Below are positions 19,738 to 28,383 of a stretch of 64,000 nt of DNA, piece after piece. The notes below the pieces were generated by a model, which was given only the letters and a program-made list of their open reading frames with translations, was not told the origin of the DNA and searched no databases. This DNA comes from Patescibacteria group bacterium (GTDB taxonomy: Bacteria > Patescibacteriota > Minisyncoccia > UBA6257 > 2-01-FULL-56-20). A program made the translations under genes and the position numbers. Every line of letters starts with the position of its first letter. The stretch's first letter is position 1. The stretch covers positions 572-64,571 of the forward strand of contig JBBTUL010000012.1 in the NCBI GenBank assembly GCA_038063755.1, written 5' to 3'.

Positions 19738-21084
19738 ATGAAAATAACATTCTACGGCGGAGCGAAAACGGTAACGGGAGCAAACTATCTTCTCGAGTCC
19801 GGTGACACGAAAATTCTTATCGACTGCGGGTTGAGCCAGGGAAACAAAGAAGCGGAGAGAAAAAATTTTGAGCCTCTCCCGTATAACCCCTCTTCAGTAC
19901 AAGCGCTTTTTATAACGCATGCCCACGTAGATCATGTCGGAAAGATTCCCAAGCTCGTAAAGAGCGGTTTTGACGGGGCCATATACTCTACCCCCCCAAC
20001 AAAAGACTTTGCAGAGCTTCTCCTGCTTGATTCAGAGCACCTGCTTCGCAGGGAAGCCGAAGAAGAAGGGAGGGCGCCTCTTTATCTTGAAGAAGATGTT
20101 CTTCGGGCGATGACGCAATGGAAGACACAAGATTATCACAGTCCCTTTGAGATTGGGCCGTTTGTCGTCGAGTTTTTTGATGCCGGACACATTCTGGGTT
20201 CGGCGAGCATAAAATTTACCGCAGAGGGGAAAAGCATCATTTTCTCAGGCGATCTCGGAAACGCTCCCGCCCCAGTAATTCGCGATCCGGACCCTCTTCC
20301 TGCGGCAGACTACTGCGTTATAGAGTCAACGTACGGAGATAGGGTTCACGATTCAGCAGATACGAGAGAGAGCGAGCTTGAGAATGCCATAGAGGATACC
20401 GTAAGGGCAGGCGGAGTGCTCATGGTGCCTGCTTTTGCGATGGAGCGAACACAAGACCTTCTCTATCATTTAAACGGACTCGTCGAGCAGGGGAGGGTTC
20501 CCCGGGTTCCAGTTTATATAGACAGCCCCCTCGCCATTCGACTAACGGATGTTTATAAGAAGTATAAAGAATATTTTAATAGAAGCGTGACAAAAGAGAT
20601 GAGGGCCGGCGACGATATCTTAAACTTTCCAGGACTACACTTCACGCTTACCGCCGAACAATCGAAAGAAATAAACAACGTTCACCCGCCCAAGATTATT
20701 ATCGCCGGTTCTGGAATGTCGAACGGAGGAAGGATCCTGCATCACGAAAGACGCTACTTAAGCGATCCAAAAAGCTGTCTCTTAATAGTTGGTTATCAGG
20801 CGGCAGGAACCATGGGGCGAGCGCTCGTAGACGGCGCAAAGACAGTGCGGATGTTTAAAGAAGAAATTCCAGTGAGATGCAGCATACGATCAATAACTGC
20901 TTATTCCGCTCATGCTGACCAGCCACATCTTCTGGCCTGGCTTCGTCCAAGAAGGGGATCGCTCAAGGAGGTATTCGTCGTTCAGGGAGAGGAAGAAGGG
21001 GCGATGGTGCTTGCGCAAAAAATAAGAGATGAGCTTGCGGTACAAGCATCGGTGCCAAGCTACGGAGAAGAGTTCATGCTATAA
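19738..21084 (+). CDS. MBL-fold beta-CASP ribonuclease
   Basis: 'LIDCG', 'THAHVDHVG', 'AGHILG', 'SGDLG', 'ESTYG', 'SAHADQ'. Confidence 0.93.
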   Translation: MKITFYGGAKTVTGANYLLESGDTKILIDCGLSQGNKEAERKNFEPLPYNPSSVQALFITHAHVDHVGKIPKLVKSGFDGAIYSTPPTKDFAELLLLDSEHLLRREAEEEGRAPLYLEEDVLRAMTQWKTQDYHSPFEIGPFVVEFFDAGHILGSASIKFTAEGKSIIFSGDLGNAPAPVIRDPDPLPAADYCVIESTYGDRVHDSADTRESELENAIEDTVRAGGVLMVPAFAMERTQDLLYHLNGLVEQGRVPRVPVYIDSPLAIRLTDVYKKYKEYFNRSVTKEMRAGDDILNFPGLHFTLTAEQSKEINNVHPPKIIIAGSGMSNGGRILHHERRYLSDPKSCLLIVGYQAAGTMGRALVDGAKTVRMFKEEIPVRCSIRSITAYSAHADQPHLLAWLRPRRGSLKEVFVVQGEEEGAMVLAQKIRDELAVQASVPSYGEEFML

Positions 21085-21092
21085 TCGAAATC

Positions 21093-21698
21093 ATGACGAC
21101 TAACGGAAAAAAACATAACCACGACGATGTATATCATTTGAAGTACAAAATTGCTATTTCCGGTTCTGCGGATACGAGCATGTGTGCGCCCGACGCGCTT
21201 GAGAAAACAGAAGAGCTCGGCAGGCTTATCGCAGAGCACGGAATGGTGCTCGTAACCGGAGCAACAACAGGAGCTCCGTATTGGGCCGCAAAAGGCGCGA
21301 AAAAAGCAGGAGGTTTTGTAATAGGCATTTCTCCCGCCTCATCAAAAGCGCATCACATGAAAACATACCGTCTTCCTGTCGACTATCACGATCTTATTAT
21401 CTATACAGGATTCGGGTACTCAGGACGAAACCTTCTTTTCACACGAGCCGCGGATGCGATCGTGACAACGTGCGGAAGAATAGGAACCCTGAACGAGTTT
21501 ACGGACGCGTTCGAAGACCAAAAGCCCCAAGGGGTTCTTACTGCGACCGGAGGGACCACGGATCTTATCGACGAAATCTTGAAGGAGGCGAGAAGGGGGA
21601 GCGGTAAGGTTGTTTTCGATGATAACCCAAAGGCTCTTATCGAGAAGCTCATCGCGGTTCTCCAGGAAGAAGACAAAGACCTCGAAGAAGCCGCATGA
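21093..21698 (+). CDS. LOG/SLOG-family protein
   Basis: 'VTGATTG', 'IGISP', 'GRNL', 'GRIGTLNE'. Confidence 0.85.
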   Translation: MTTNGKKHNHDDVYHLKYKIAISGSADTSMCAPDALEKTEELGRLIAEHGMVLVTGATTGAPYWAAKGAKKAGGFVIGISPASSKAHHMKTYRLPVDYHDLIIYTGFGYSGRNLLFTRAADAIVTTCGRIGTLNEFTDAFEDQKPQGVLTATGGTTDLIDEILKEARRGSGKVVFDDNPKALIEKLIAVLQEEDKDLEEAA

Positions 21699-22054
21699 AG
21701 AAGCTATTTAAAAAACTAAAAAAAGCACTTGTGCCGAGGAAAAAGAGCGTGAAGAAGCCAAAAAAGAAAGCGGTTCGGGCGGTGAAGAAGAAGGCGACAA
21801 AAAAGAAAGAAGACGTTTTGGGCGTCGTTACCCATTTTTACGGACACATTAAGGTTGCCGTGCTTCGTGTAAAGAAGCCGTTTCGTGCCGGAGTAAAAAT
21901 AAAATTCCGTGGTGCGACGACCGATTTCGAGCAGACTGTCGCATCCCTACAGTACAACCACAAACCAATCGCTCTTGCGCCGAAGGGCAAGCAGGTTGGC
22001 ATGAAGGTGAAGGCGAGAGTGAGAGAGGGAGACATCGTATACAGGGCGCAATAG
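21695..22054 (+). CDS. Translation-factor-like beta-barrel protein with Lys-rich N-terminus
   Basis: 'GVVTHFYGHIKVAV', 'TDFEQTVASLQ', 'VGMKV..RVREGD.VY'. Confidence 0.7.
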   Translation: MKKLFKKLKKALVPRKKSVKKPKKKAVRAVKKKATKKKEDVLGVVTHFYGHIKVAVLRVKKPFRAGVKIKFRGATTDFEQTVASLQYNHKPIALAPKGKQVGMKVKARVREGDIVYRAQ

Positions 22055-22062
22055 GGCGACGC

Positions 22063-23175
22063 ATGAAGGCTGTCGATTTAGGAAAAACAATTGGCGTCCT
22101 GGTTGCCGGGACCATGGGGGCCGGTATTTTTGCGCTTCCGGCGCTTTTTAGGGTATCCGGTTGGGCAACCGGCTTTTTTTATCTTTTTGCCCTCGGAGCC
22201 CTTGTCTCTTCCGTACACCTTCTTTACTGGAAGGTTCTCGAGAAAACGAACGGTGAGCATCGTCTTTTCGGGCTCGTTGAGAGATTTCTCGGGAAAAACT
22301 ACGCCGTATTCGCCTTTCTGCTTGTTGTTTTTGGTCTCGCGCTTGTCCTCCTTATCTATCTTCTTCTGGGCGAGAAGTTCCTAAGTTTTCTTTTCCCAGA
22401 GCTTAATGGGGTTGCGATTTATGCGTTTTGGATTGCCGCGTCAGTTCCTCTCTTTTTCGGAATAAAAAAAGTCGCAGGCGGCGAATCTCTCGTTGCTCTC
22501 GCAACAGGCGGGATTGCACTTTTCCTTTTCGCAAAGACACAAGAGCCGTTCGCAATTTTTGAAGGAAGCGCTTTTAGTTTAAAAAACATTGCCCTACCCT
22601 TCGGCCCAATCCTCTTCGCGGTTTCCGGATGGGTTTCGACACAAACAATGTTCAATGCCTGGAGAGCCAATAAGCGTCCGGGGACGCCTCGCTTTCTTAT
22701 TGCCGCCGGAACATTAACGGTGCTTTTAATCTATTCTATATTCGTGATGAGTACGGCACAGGTTGCGGGAGGTGTTTCTGGAGGGATAGATCTTCCTTCA
22801 TGGGCCGGAGTGTTCGGGAAAGAAATCACGACCATCATCGCTCTTTTTGGGCTACTTGCCGTTTGGGCCGCATACATCCCGCTTGCACTTGAAATAAAAA
22901 GCACGATGGAAAGCGACTTGCGTATGTCAAAAGCGCACTCTCTTCTTGTTGCACTTCTTACTCCCCTTGCATTATTCTCTCTCGGGCTCAAGAACTTTTT
23001 GGGTATAGTCGGTCTCGTGGGAGGAGTATTCGGTGCGGCTCAATATATTCTTTTGCTTCTTGTTGCAAAAAAAGCGCTCGACAAGAATACGTGGCAATCA
23101 GCGCTTATCGGACTTGGAATTGCAGTGTTTTCGCTCGGTGGAGCATATGAGATTTACCATTTCCTTTTCGCTTGA
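22063..23175 (+). CDS. Amino acid permease (aromatic amino acid/HAAAP-like)
   Basis: 'GTMGAGIFALP', about 11 TM segments. Confidence 0.8.
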   Translation: MKAVDLGKTIGVLVAGTMGAGIFALPALFRVSGWATGFFYLFALGALVSSVHLLYWKVLEKTNGEHRLFGLVERFLGKNYAVFAFLLVVFGLALVLLIYLLLGEKFLSFLFPELNGVAIYAFWIAASVPLFFGIKKVAGGESLVALATGGIALFLFAKTQEPFAIFEGSAFSLKNIALPFGPILFAVSGWVSTQTMFNAWRANKRPGTPRFLIAAGTLTVLLIYSIFVMSTAQVAGGVSGGIDLPSWAGVFGKEITTIIALFGLLAVWAAYIPLALEIKSTMESDLRMSKAHSLLVALLTPLALFSLGLKNFLGIVGLVGGVFGAAQYILLLLVAKKALDKNTWQSALIGLGIAVFSLGGAYEIYHFLFA

Positions 23176-23251
23176 GTATACTAGTGGGAGAATTGGAGGC
23201 GCAGAAAAAGCGCCCCGAAACGAAAGGCTTTTTATCACAAACTCGACAAAC

Positions 23252-23268
23252 CGCGCCCGTAGTTCAAC
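23252..23268 (+). repeat. 17-bp direct repeat of the tRNA-Arg 5' end
   Basis: CGCGCCCGTAGTTCAAC identical to 23593-23609. Confidence 0.9.
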
Positions 23269-23324
23269 CCCGACGCGCGAAGCGGCCGGGGCTCCGACCC
23301 CAAAAGGCGTCGGAGCGGATAACC

Positions 23325-23588
23325 ATGAAAGGAATCGTATATATTCTTCAAGACAAGCTCGGCCGGTATTATATCGGAAGCACGGTTGATATTGATCGTC
23401 GAATGAAGCAGCACAAGGCTTGTCACACGGCGACAACAAAGCGAATGCAGAGCCCACGGCTGGTGCTCAAACAGGAATACGCCTCGATTGAGGAGGCAAG
23501 AAGAACCGAAGCGCGCCTGAAAAAACTAAAAAGAAAGGACTACATTGAAAAAATAGTCGCAGAAGGGTACATTAGAGGCGCTGGATAA
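23325..23588 (+). CDS. Small GIY-YIG nuclease
   Basis: 'IVYILQ..GRYYIGST.DIDRRMKQH', 'EARRTEARLK'. Confidence 0.9.
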   Translation: MKGIVYILQDKLGRYYIGSTVDIDRRMKQHKACHTATTKRMQSPRLVLKQEYASIEEARRTEARLKKLKRKDYIEKIVAEGYIRGAG

Positions 23589-23593
23589 TTTTC

Positions 23594-23665
23594 GCGCCCG
23601 TAGTTCAACGGATAGAATGCATCCCTCCGAAGGATGAGATTGAAGTTCAATTCTTCACGGGCGCA
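23594..23665 (+). tRNA. tRNA-Arg(CCG), CCA not encoded
   Basis: Acceptor GCGCCCG/CGGGCGC, anticodon arm CATCC-CTCCGAA-GGATG, T arm TGAAG-TTCAATT-CTTCA. Confidence 0.93.
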
Positions 23666-23734
23666 CAAGAACTTGACCCTGGTGAGTGGTTGTGATAAAA
23701 ATCAAAGTAGCAAAGACTGAGGAAAGGGAAAACG

Positions 23735-24196
23735 ATGGCCAAGGCTCCTCGCGATATTTTAGCTGAATTTCGTGCCGCTAGTTCAGAAAAAATGCTTCGT
23801 ATGTCGTGGGAGGATTTTTTTGCGATACCGTTGCTAGCCAATGCCGCTGAGGCGAAACAGGACCACTTGGAGCGGATTGATTATGCGATCAGGCTGCGGA
23901 TGTTGAAGCTCCTCTCTGGGGGGGCGCCGCCGCTTTTTGAGCTTAAAGAGTCCTATAGGGCGGTAGCGACCCTCGCCGCTAGCGTCGCGAGCGCTCCGGC
24001 CAAGAGCGCCTTGGTCAAGAGAGAAGACTTGAGGATGGCAGGGAGATGGTGGGCCTTTGCCAGCCTTCTTGACTTGCATATTTTAAATCTTGACTCGCGA
24101 AAAGCCTTCGAAGATCAAGGCATCTCCAGGGGAGTTGAGGAAGCAATAGCCACCCCCGAAGACGACGACTCCGCCGCCCGGGGTCCCGAGTTGTGA
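23735..24196 (+). CDS. Hypothetical protein (ORFan)
   Basis: TTGACC..TAAAAA-type promoter, GAGGAAAGGG RBS, terminator at ~24218-24242. Confidence 0.65.
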   Translation: MAKAPRDILAEFRAASSEKMLRMSWEDFFAIPLLANAAEAKQDHLERIDYAIRLRMLKLLSGGAPPLFELKESYRAVATLAASVASAPAKSALVKREDLRMAGRWWAFASLLDLHILNLDSRKAFEDQGISRGVEEAIATPEDDDSAARGPEL

Positions 24197-24217
24197 AGTG
24201 TCTGTTATCTGCCCAGA

Positions 24218-24242
24218 AACCCGCCAAAAATGCGGGTTTTTA
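24218..24242. terminator. Bidirectional terminator
   Basis: AAACCCGC-CAAAAAT-GCGGGTTTTT between convergent ORFs. Confidence 0.7.
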
Positions 24243-24277
24243 ATTTCAAATAAAAAAACTCGGCAAGAGAGGCCGAG

Positions 24278-24733
24278 CTAGAACCGACGATCCGATGTTC
24301 TGGTAAGCGCTTTGATGGTAAATGCCGAAAAACTGCTTGGGCAAAGAAGGAGATGCTCCAGCTTCCACCTGTCGCCCTCGGGGGCATCGACTTCTTGAAA
24401 ATACCTTCCGATTACGGGGTGCTTTGCCCCGCACGAAGGACAATCGCCATTTATTAGGTCTTTGATGGGGACAGCCTTGAATCCACGAGGGTCTTCGCCT
24501 TTAAGAAGTTCTTCAACAATAACCCTCTCGCCGGCACCGTCTAAAAAGAAAAAAGCATCCGAATGTTTTCCCGGGTCGTCTTCCCTCCAGGAAGAAAAGA
24601 TACCGCGAAATGCTTTTTCGAAAAGCAAGGTGCGGGCAATTTTTTCTTTAAGTTCGTCCACTCTTTTTGAGAGATCAGAAAAGCGCGATTCAAGAACTTT
24701 TCTGTGTTCTTCGGCTGTTCCCGCAAATCTCAT
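24278..24733 (-). CDS. Hypothetical protein with coiled coil and CxxC
   Basis: AGAAGAGG RBS before MRFAGTAEE; 'CPSCG' and 'HLLLC'. Confidence 0.6.
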   Translation of the reverse strand: MRFAGTAEEHRKVLESRFSDLSKRVDELKEKIARTLLFEKAFRGIFSSWREDDPGKHSDAFFFLDGAGERVIVEELLKGEDPRGFKAVPIKDLINGDCPSCGAKHPVIGRYFQEVDAPEGDRWKLEHLLLCPSSFSAFTIKALTRTSDRRF

Positions 24734-24834
24734 AGCGCCTCTTCTTGCGTCAGAGTTCTGGAAAAAAAATAGCACGCACGCGCCCCAAAAGCAAGAGATT
24801 TTCTCTATCGGTGCAGAAGGGATATAATTTCGAA

Positions 24835-25431
24835 ATGGACAAAGAAGAGGCATTGAAGAAACTTTTTCAAGAAGTAGTGAGCGACAAAAACCTTCCGCTT
24901 CAAGAGCCGAATTTGGTTTTTGGCGAAGGGAACGTTGACGCTGAGGTGATGTTTGTCGGGGAAGCGCCCGGGTTTCACGAAAACGAAGAGAAGCGTCCCT
25001 TTGTTGGGCGCGGCGGACAACTCCTGAACAGGAATATCGAAAAAATCGGCTGGAGACGCGAAGATGTTTATATTACGAATATCGTAAAGCGCAGGCCGCC
25101 CGACAATCGAGATCCGCTTCCGGAGGAGATCGAAGCTTATAAGCCCTACCTCACGAAGCAGATCGAGATCATAAATCCGCTTGTTGTGGCCACCCTCGGA
25201 AGGTTTTCAATGAATTATTTTTTGCCGGGCGCGAAGATAACACGAGACCAAGGAAAGGTGTTTCGCGTGGGAGGCCGATTCATCGTGCCAATACTCCATC
25301 CGGCGGCCGCGCTTCGCGCGACCGGAATGCTCGAAGCCTTTGAGGAGGTTTTTCAGAAGCTTCCTCGAATCGTTTCGCGATGCAAGAAAGAACTCGCAAA
25401 AACCGAGAACGAGAGTACGACCGCGAATTAA
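24835..25431 (+). CDS. Uracil-DNA glycosylase, family 4-like
   Basis: 'VFGEG', 'VGEAPG', 'RPFVGRGG', 'YITNIVK.RPP.NR.P', 'HPAAALR'. Confidence 0.93.
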   Translation: MDKEEALKKLFQEVVSDKNLPLQEPNLVFGEGNVDAEVMFVGEAPGFHENEEKRPFVGRGGQLLNRNIEKIGWRREDVYITNIVKRRPPDNRDPLPEEIEAYKPYLTKQIEIINPLVVATLGRFSMNYFLPGAKITRDQGKVFRVGGRFIVPILHPAAALRATGMLEAFEEVFQKLPRIVSRCKKELAKTENESTTAN

Positions 25432-25494
25432 GAGGCAGGAGCTTCTTGCGCAGAAAAGGGAAAAAGCCAAAGGAAGCTGATATAATATGGATAC

Positions 25495-25857
25495 ATGAAC
25501 TTTGCCTTTGTGTACGTCGTCAATAGATTCTTTTTCCGTCTTTCGGATTTTTTTCATCACTGGTATATTGACGGGTCGCGGACCATCGCACATGGATTTG
25601 TTTCTTTCCTGGAGCGGGTGGATCAGGTCATAGCGCTTCGCATTACCTTTCTTCATTTTTTTCAGCCGCTATACAAAGACTTCACGTTTATCGGAAGAGT
25701 TCTTGGTGTTGTGTTCCGATCAATCCGGCTCATTATTGGCATCGCAGTGTATGCGGGAATATGCGCTTTTTTCCTAGGCTTCTATTTGGCCTGGATTTTT
25801 TTACCGCTCTTTTTCCTGATATCCTCATACGCCGCATTTAAGAAAGGCTATGTATAG
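25495..25857 (+). CDS. Small hypothetical membrane protein overlapping the Clp ATPase start
   Basis: 'FFQPLYKD', 'GRVLGVVFRSIR' followed by TM segments; 8-bp overlap with next gene. Confidence 0.7.
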   Translation: MNFAFVYVVNRFFFRLSDFFHHWYIDGSRTIAHGFVSFLERVDQVIALRITFLHFFQPLYKDFTFIGRVLGVVFRSIRLIIGIAVYAGICAFFLGFYLAWIFLPLFFLISSYAAFKKGYV

Positions 25858-28372
25858 AGAAACGATAACCGGAGAGCAGGTTCGTTCCCTCGAGCCATAC
25901 TTCGACGATCCGCGACTTGGCATGACGGCGCCCGGGCGACTACTGGTCCGGATGATCGGAGGGGTCGGGTACGCGGCGATTGTGGCCGCAACGCTAACGG
26001 CGCTTATTTCAGATGTTTCTTGGCTTCGTTTTTTGGGGATGTTTCTTTCACTCGTCGTGCTTGACCGGATTGTTCATGCAGGAAAAGGAGACATTCCACT
26101 CTCTGAGCTTCCCGAAAAGGGAAGGGTGAATCTTTTGCATCACACCACCCCGGCGGCGCTTCGCATTATCGAACGAGCAAGCGAGAGAAGTAAAATCAAA
26201 AAAACCGATTTTTATATCGAAGTTGCGCGGGAGCTTGTTCGGCTGCGGCAAATTCGCGAGGGCCTTGTTCGTCTCGATGTCCGCCCGGAGGAGTTCGAGG
26301 GCAAAATCAAAGAATTTTTAAAGAAAGAAAAGGCAGACGATACTGAAGAGACTAACAAGCTCATCTTTCGCATGATGCAACGATCGTTCGCTGGAGCTTT
26401 GGGACACCAGGATAAATACATTGACCCATCCGATCTTTTTTCGGCGCTTGCAGATGCTCCCGGATATACGGAGCGACTTTTCTCCACGTTTGATATCGAG
26501 GCGGGAGACCTTGAGCGCGCGTTGCTTTTTACGCTCGAACACAGATCTTCGTGGCTGAGAAGGATACCCCGCTCTCTCGGAGGCTTCGTGTTTGAGTCGG
26601 ATAGGCAACCGAGACATCGTGTTATGAATAGGGCTTGGACGGCGCGCCCAACCCCCACGCTTGATCGATACGGGGCAGACTTCACCGATGCGGCTCGATC
26701 CTCAAAAATTGGATTTTTAATAGGACACGAAGAAGAATACAACCGTTTAATAGAAGCGCTTTCGCGCCCGTCAAAACCAAACGCACTTTTGATCGGGGAT
26801 GCGGGGATTGGAAAAGAAACGATTATTTCTCATTTCGCATTCGCTCTCGTAAAAGACAAAGTGCCAAAAGCGCTTTTCGATAGGCGTTTGGTCGCGCTTG
26901 ACGTCGCGCGCCTCATCGCGGGAGCCGGTCCCGAAGAACTACAAGCGCGCCTCGCCGTCATTGTTGATGAAATTGTCGCGGCAGGAAATATTATTCTTTA
27001 TATTCCGGACCTTCATAATCTCGCGAAGACCTCAGGCGCCGCATATCTTTCAGCCGCGGACGCTCTTATGCCAATCATTTTAAGCGACCTTTTTCCGATC
27101 ATTGGGACCACATATCCGCGGGAGTTTAAAGAATACATAGAAAGCAGAAGTGATTTTCGCGGCGCGTTCGAGACCATTCAAGTGCAGGAGATATCGGAAA
27201 GCGAGGCTCAGACCGTCCTCGTATACGACAGCCTCATTCTTGAGAGGAAAACGGGAAAAGTCATAACGCTAGGGGCGATAAAGGGATCGGTGAGGCTTGC
27301 AAAAAAGTATTTTCGTTCAAAGTTCCTTCCCTCAAGCGCCGAAGACCTCTTAAAGAGCGCGCTTGCCTACGCCGAGCAGCATGATGAAAAAACCATAACG
27401 CCGGCGACAATTATTAAGGTTGCGGAGGAAAAAGTGAACATCCCGATTCACGAGGCAGACGGAAAAGAAGCCGAACGGTTGCTCAACATGGAGAGTCTTA
27501 TCCACGAACGCCTTATCGACCAGGAAGAGGCGGTAAAGGCCGTTTCAGACTCCCTGAGGGAATATCGGAGCGGACTTTCACGTCCCGGCGGGCCAATCGC
27601 AAGCTTCCTCTTTGTTGGACCGACCGGCGTCGGAAAGACAGAACTTGCGAAAACTCTCGCCACCATCGAGTTCGGGTCGAAAGAATCAATGGCGCGCTTC
27701 GACATGACCGAATATCAAGACAAACAGAGTTTTTACCGATTTATTGGAGCTCCGGATGGATCAACGCGCGGAGCTCTGACCGATGCGGTGAAAGAAAAAC
27801 CCTACTGCATTGTGCTGCTCGATGAATTTGAGAAAGCCTACCCGGACATTCTTGACCTTTTCCTCCAGGTTTTAGACGACGGAAGACTTACCAATAATCT
27901 TGGAGAAACAGTCGATTTTACCCACACGGTCATTATCGCAACATCAAACGCACATTCGGACATCATCAACTCCGCGCTTCGGGAAGGGCAACAGATGTCG
28001 GAAATCGCTGAATATTTAAGACGAAAGCTTACGGACGTGTTCAAGCCGGAACTTCTGAATCGATTTTCTCGAGTCGTGGTTTTTAAGAGCCTTAGCATGG
28101 CGGACATGAAAAAAGTTGCAGCACTTCAGCTTCGAGAAGTGGCTGAAACGGCCTCGGGCCGCGGCATCACGCTTACATTTGACGAGGAAGTAATAAGCGA
28201 ACTTGCGAAACTTGGATACGATCCGGCGTTCGGTGCCCGACCATTACGGAGGGTGATAGACGAGAAAATAAGAAGCGCTCTCGCATCAAGCATTCTTGAG
28301 AAAAAATCTCCGCGAGGAACGGCGTTTCGTGTATCGATAAAAGACGGGGCATTCGTATTTTCTCTGGTATAG
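25850..28372 (+). CDS. ClpA/B-family double AAA+ ATPase with N-terminal TM helices
   Basis: D2 'FLFVGPTGVGKTELAK', 'LLDEFEKA', 'DDGRLT', 'FKPELLNR', 'FGARPLRR'; D1 degenerate. Confidence 0.9.
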   Translation: MYRETITGEQVRSLEPYFDDPRLGMTAPGRLLVRMIGGVGYAAIVAATLTALISDVSWLRFLGMFLSLVVLDRIVHAGKGDIPLSELPEKGRVNLLHHTTPAALRIIERASERSKIKKTDFYIEVARELVRLRQIREGLVRLDVRPEEFEGKIKEFLKKEKADDTEETNKLIFRMMQRSFAGALGHQDKYIDPSDLFSALADAPGYTERLFSTFDIEAGDLERALLFTLEHRSSWLRRIPRSLGGFVFESDRQPRHRVMNRAWTARPTPTLDRYGADFTDAARSSKIGFLIGHEEEYNRLIEALSRPSKPNALLIGDAGIGKETIISHFAFALVKDKVPKALFDRRLVALDVARLIAGAGPEELQARLAVIVDEIVAAGNIILYIPDLHNLAKTSGAAYLSAADALMPIILSDLFPIIGTTYPREFKEYIESRSDFRGAFETIQVQEISESEAQTVLVYDSLILERKTGKVITLGAIKGSVRLAKKYFRSKFLPSSAEDLLKSALAYAEQHDEKTITPATIIKVAEEKVNIPIHEADGKEAERLLNMESLIHERLIDQEEAVKAVSDSLREYRSGLSRPGGPIASFLFVGPTGVGKTELAKTLATIEFGSKESMARFDMTEYQDKQSFYRFIGAPDGSTRGALTDAVKEKPYCIVLLDEFEKAYPDILDLFLQVLDDGRLTNNLGETVDFTHTVIIATSNAHSDIINSALREGQQMSEIAEYLRRKLTDVFKPELLNRFSRVVVFKSLSMADMKKVAALQLREVAETASGRGITLTFDEEVISELAKLGYDPAFGARPLRRVIDEKIRSALASSILEKKSPRGTAFRVSIKDGAFVFSLV

Positions 28373-28383
28373 CGAATTTGTCC

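Noticed and set aside
23172-23324. N-terminal extension of the GIY-YIG ORF
   Set aside because: It runs through the promoter and tRNA-like fragment; the domain begins at ATG 23325.
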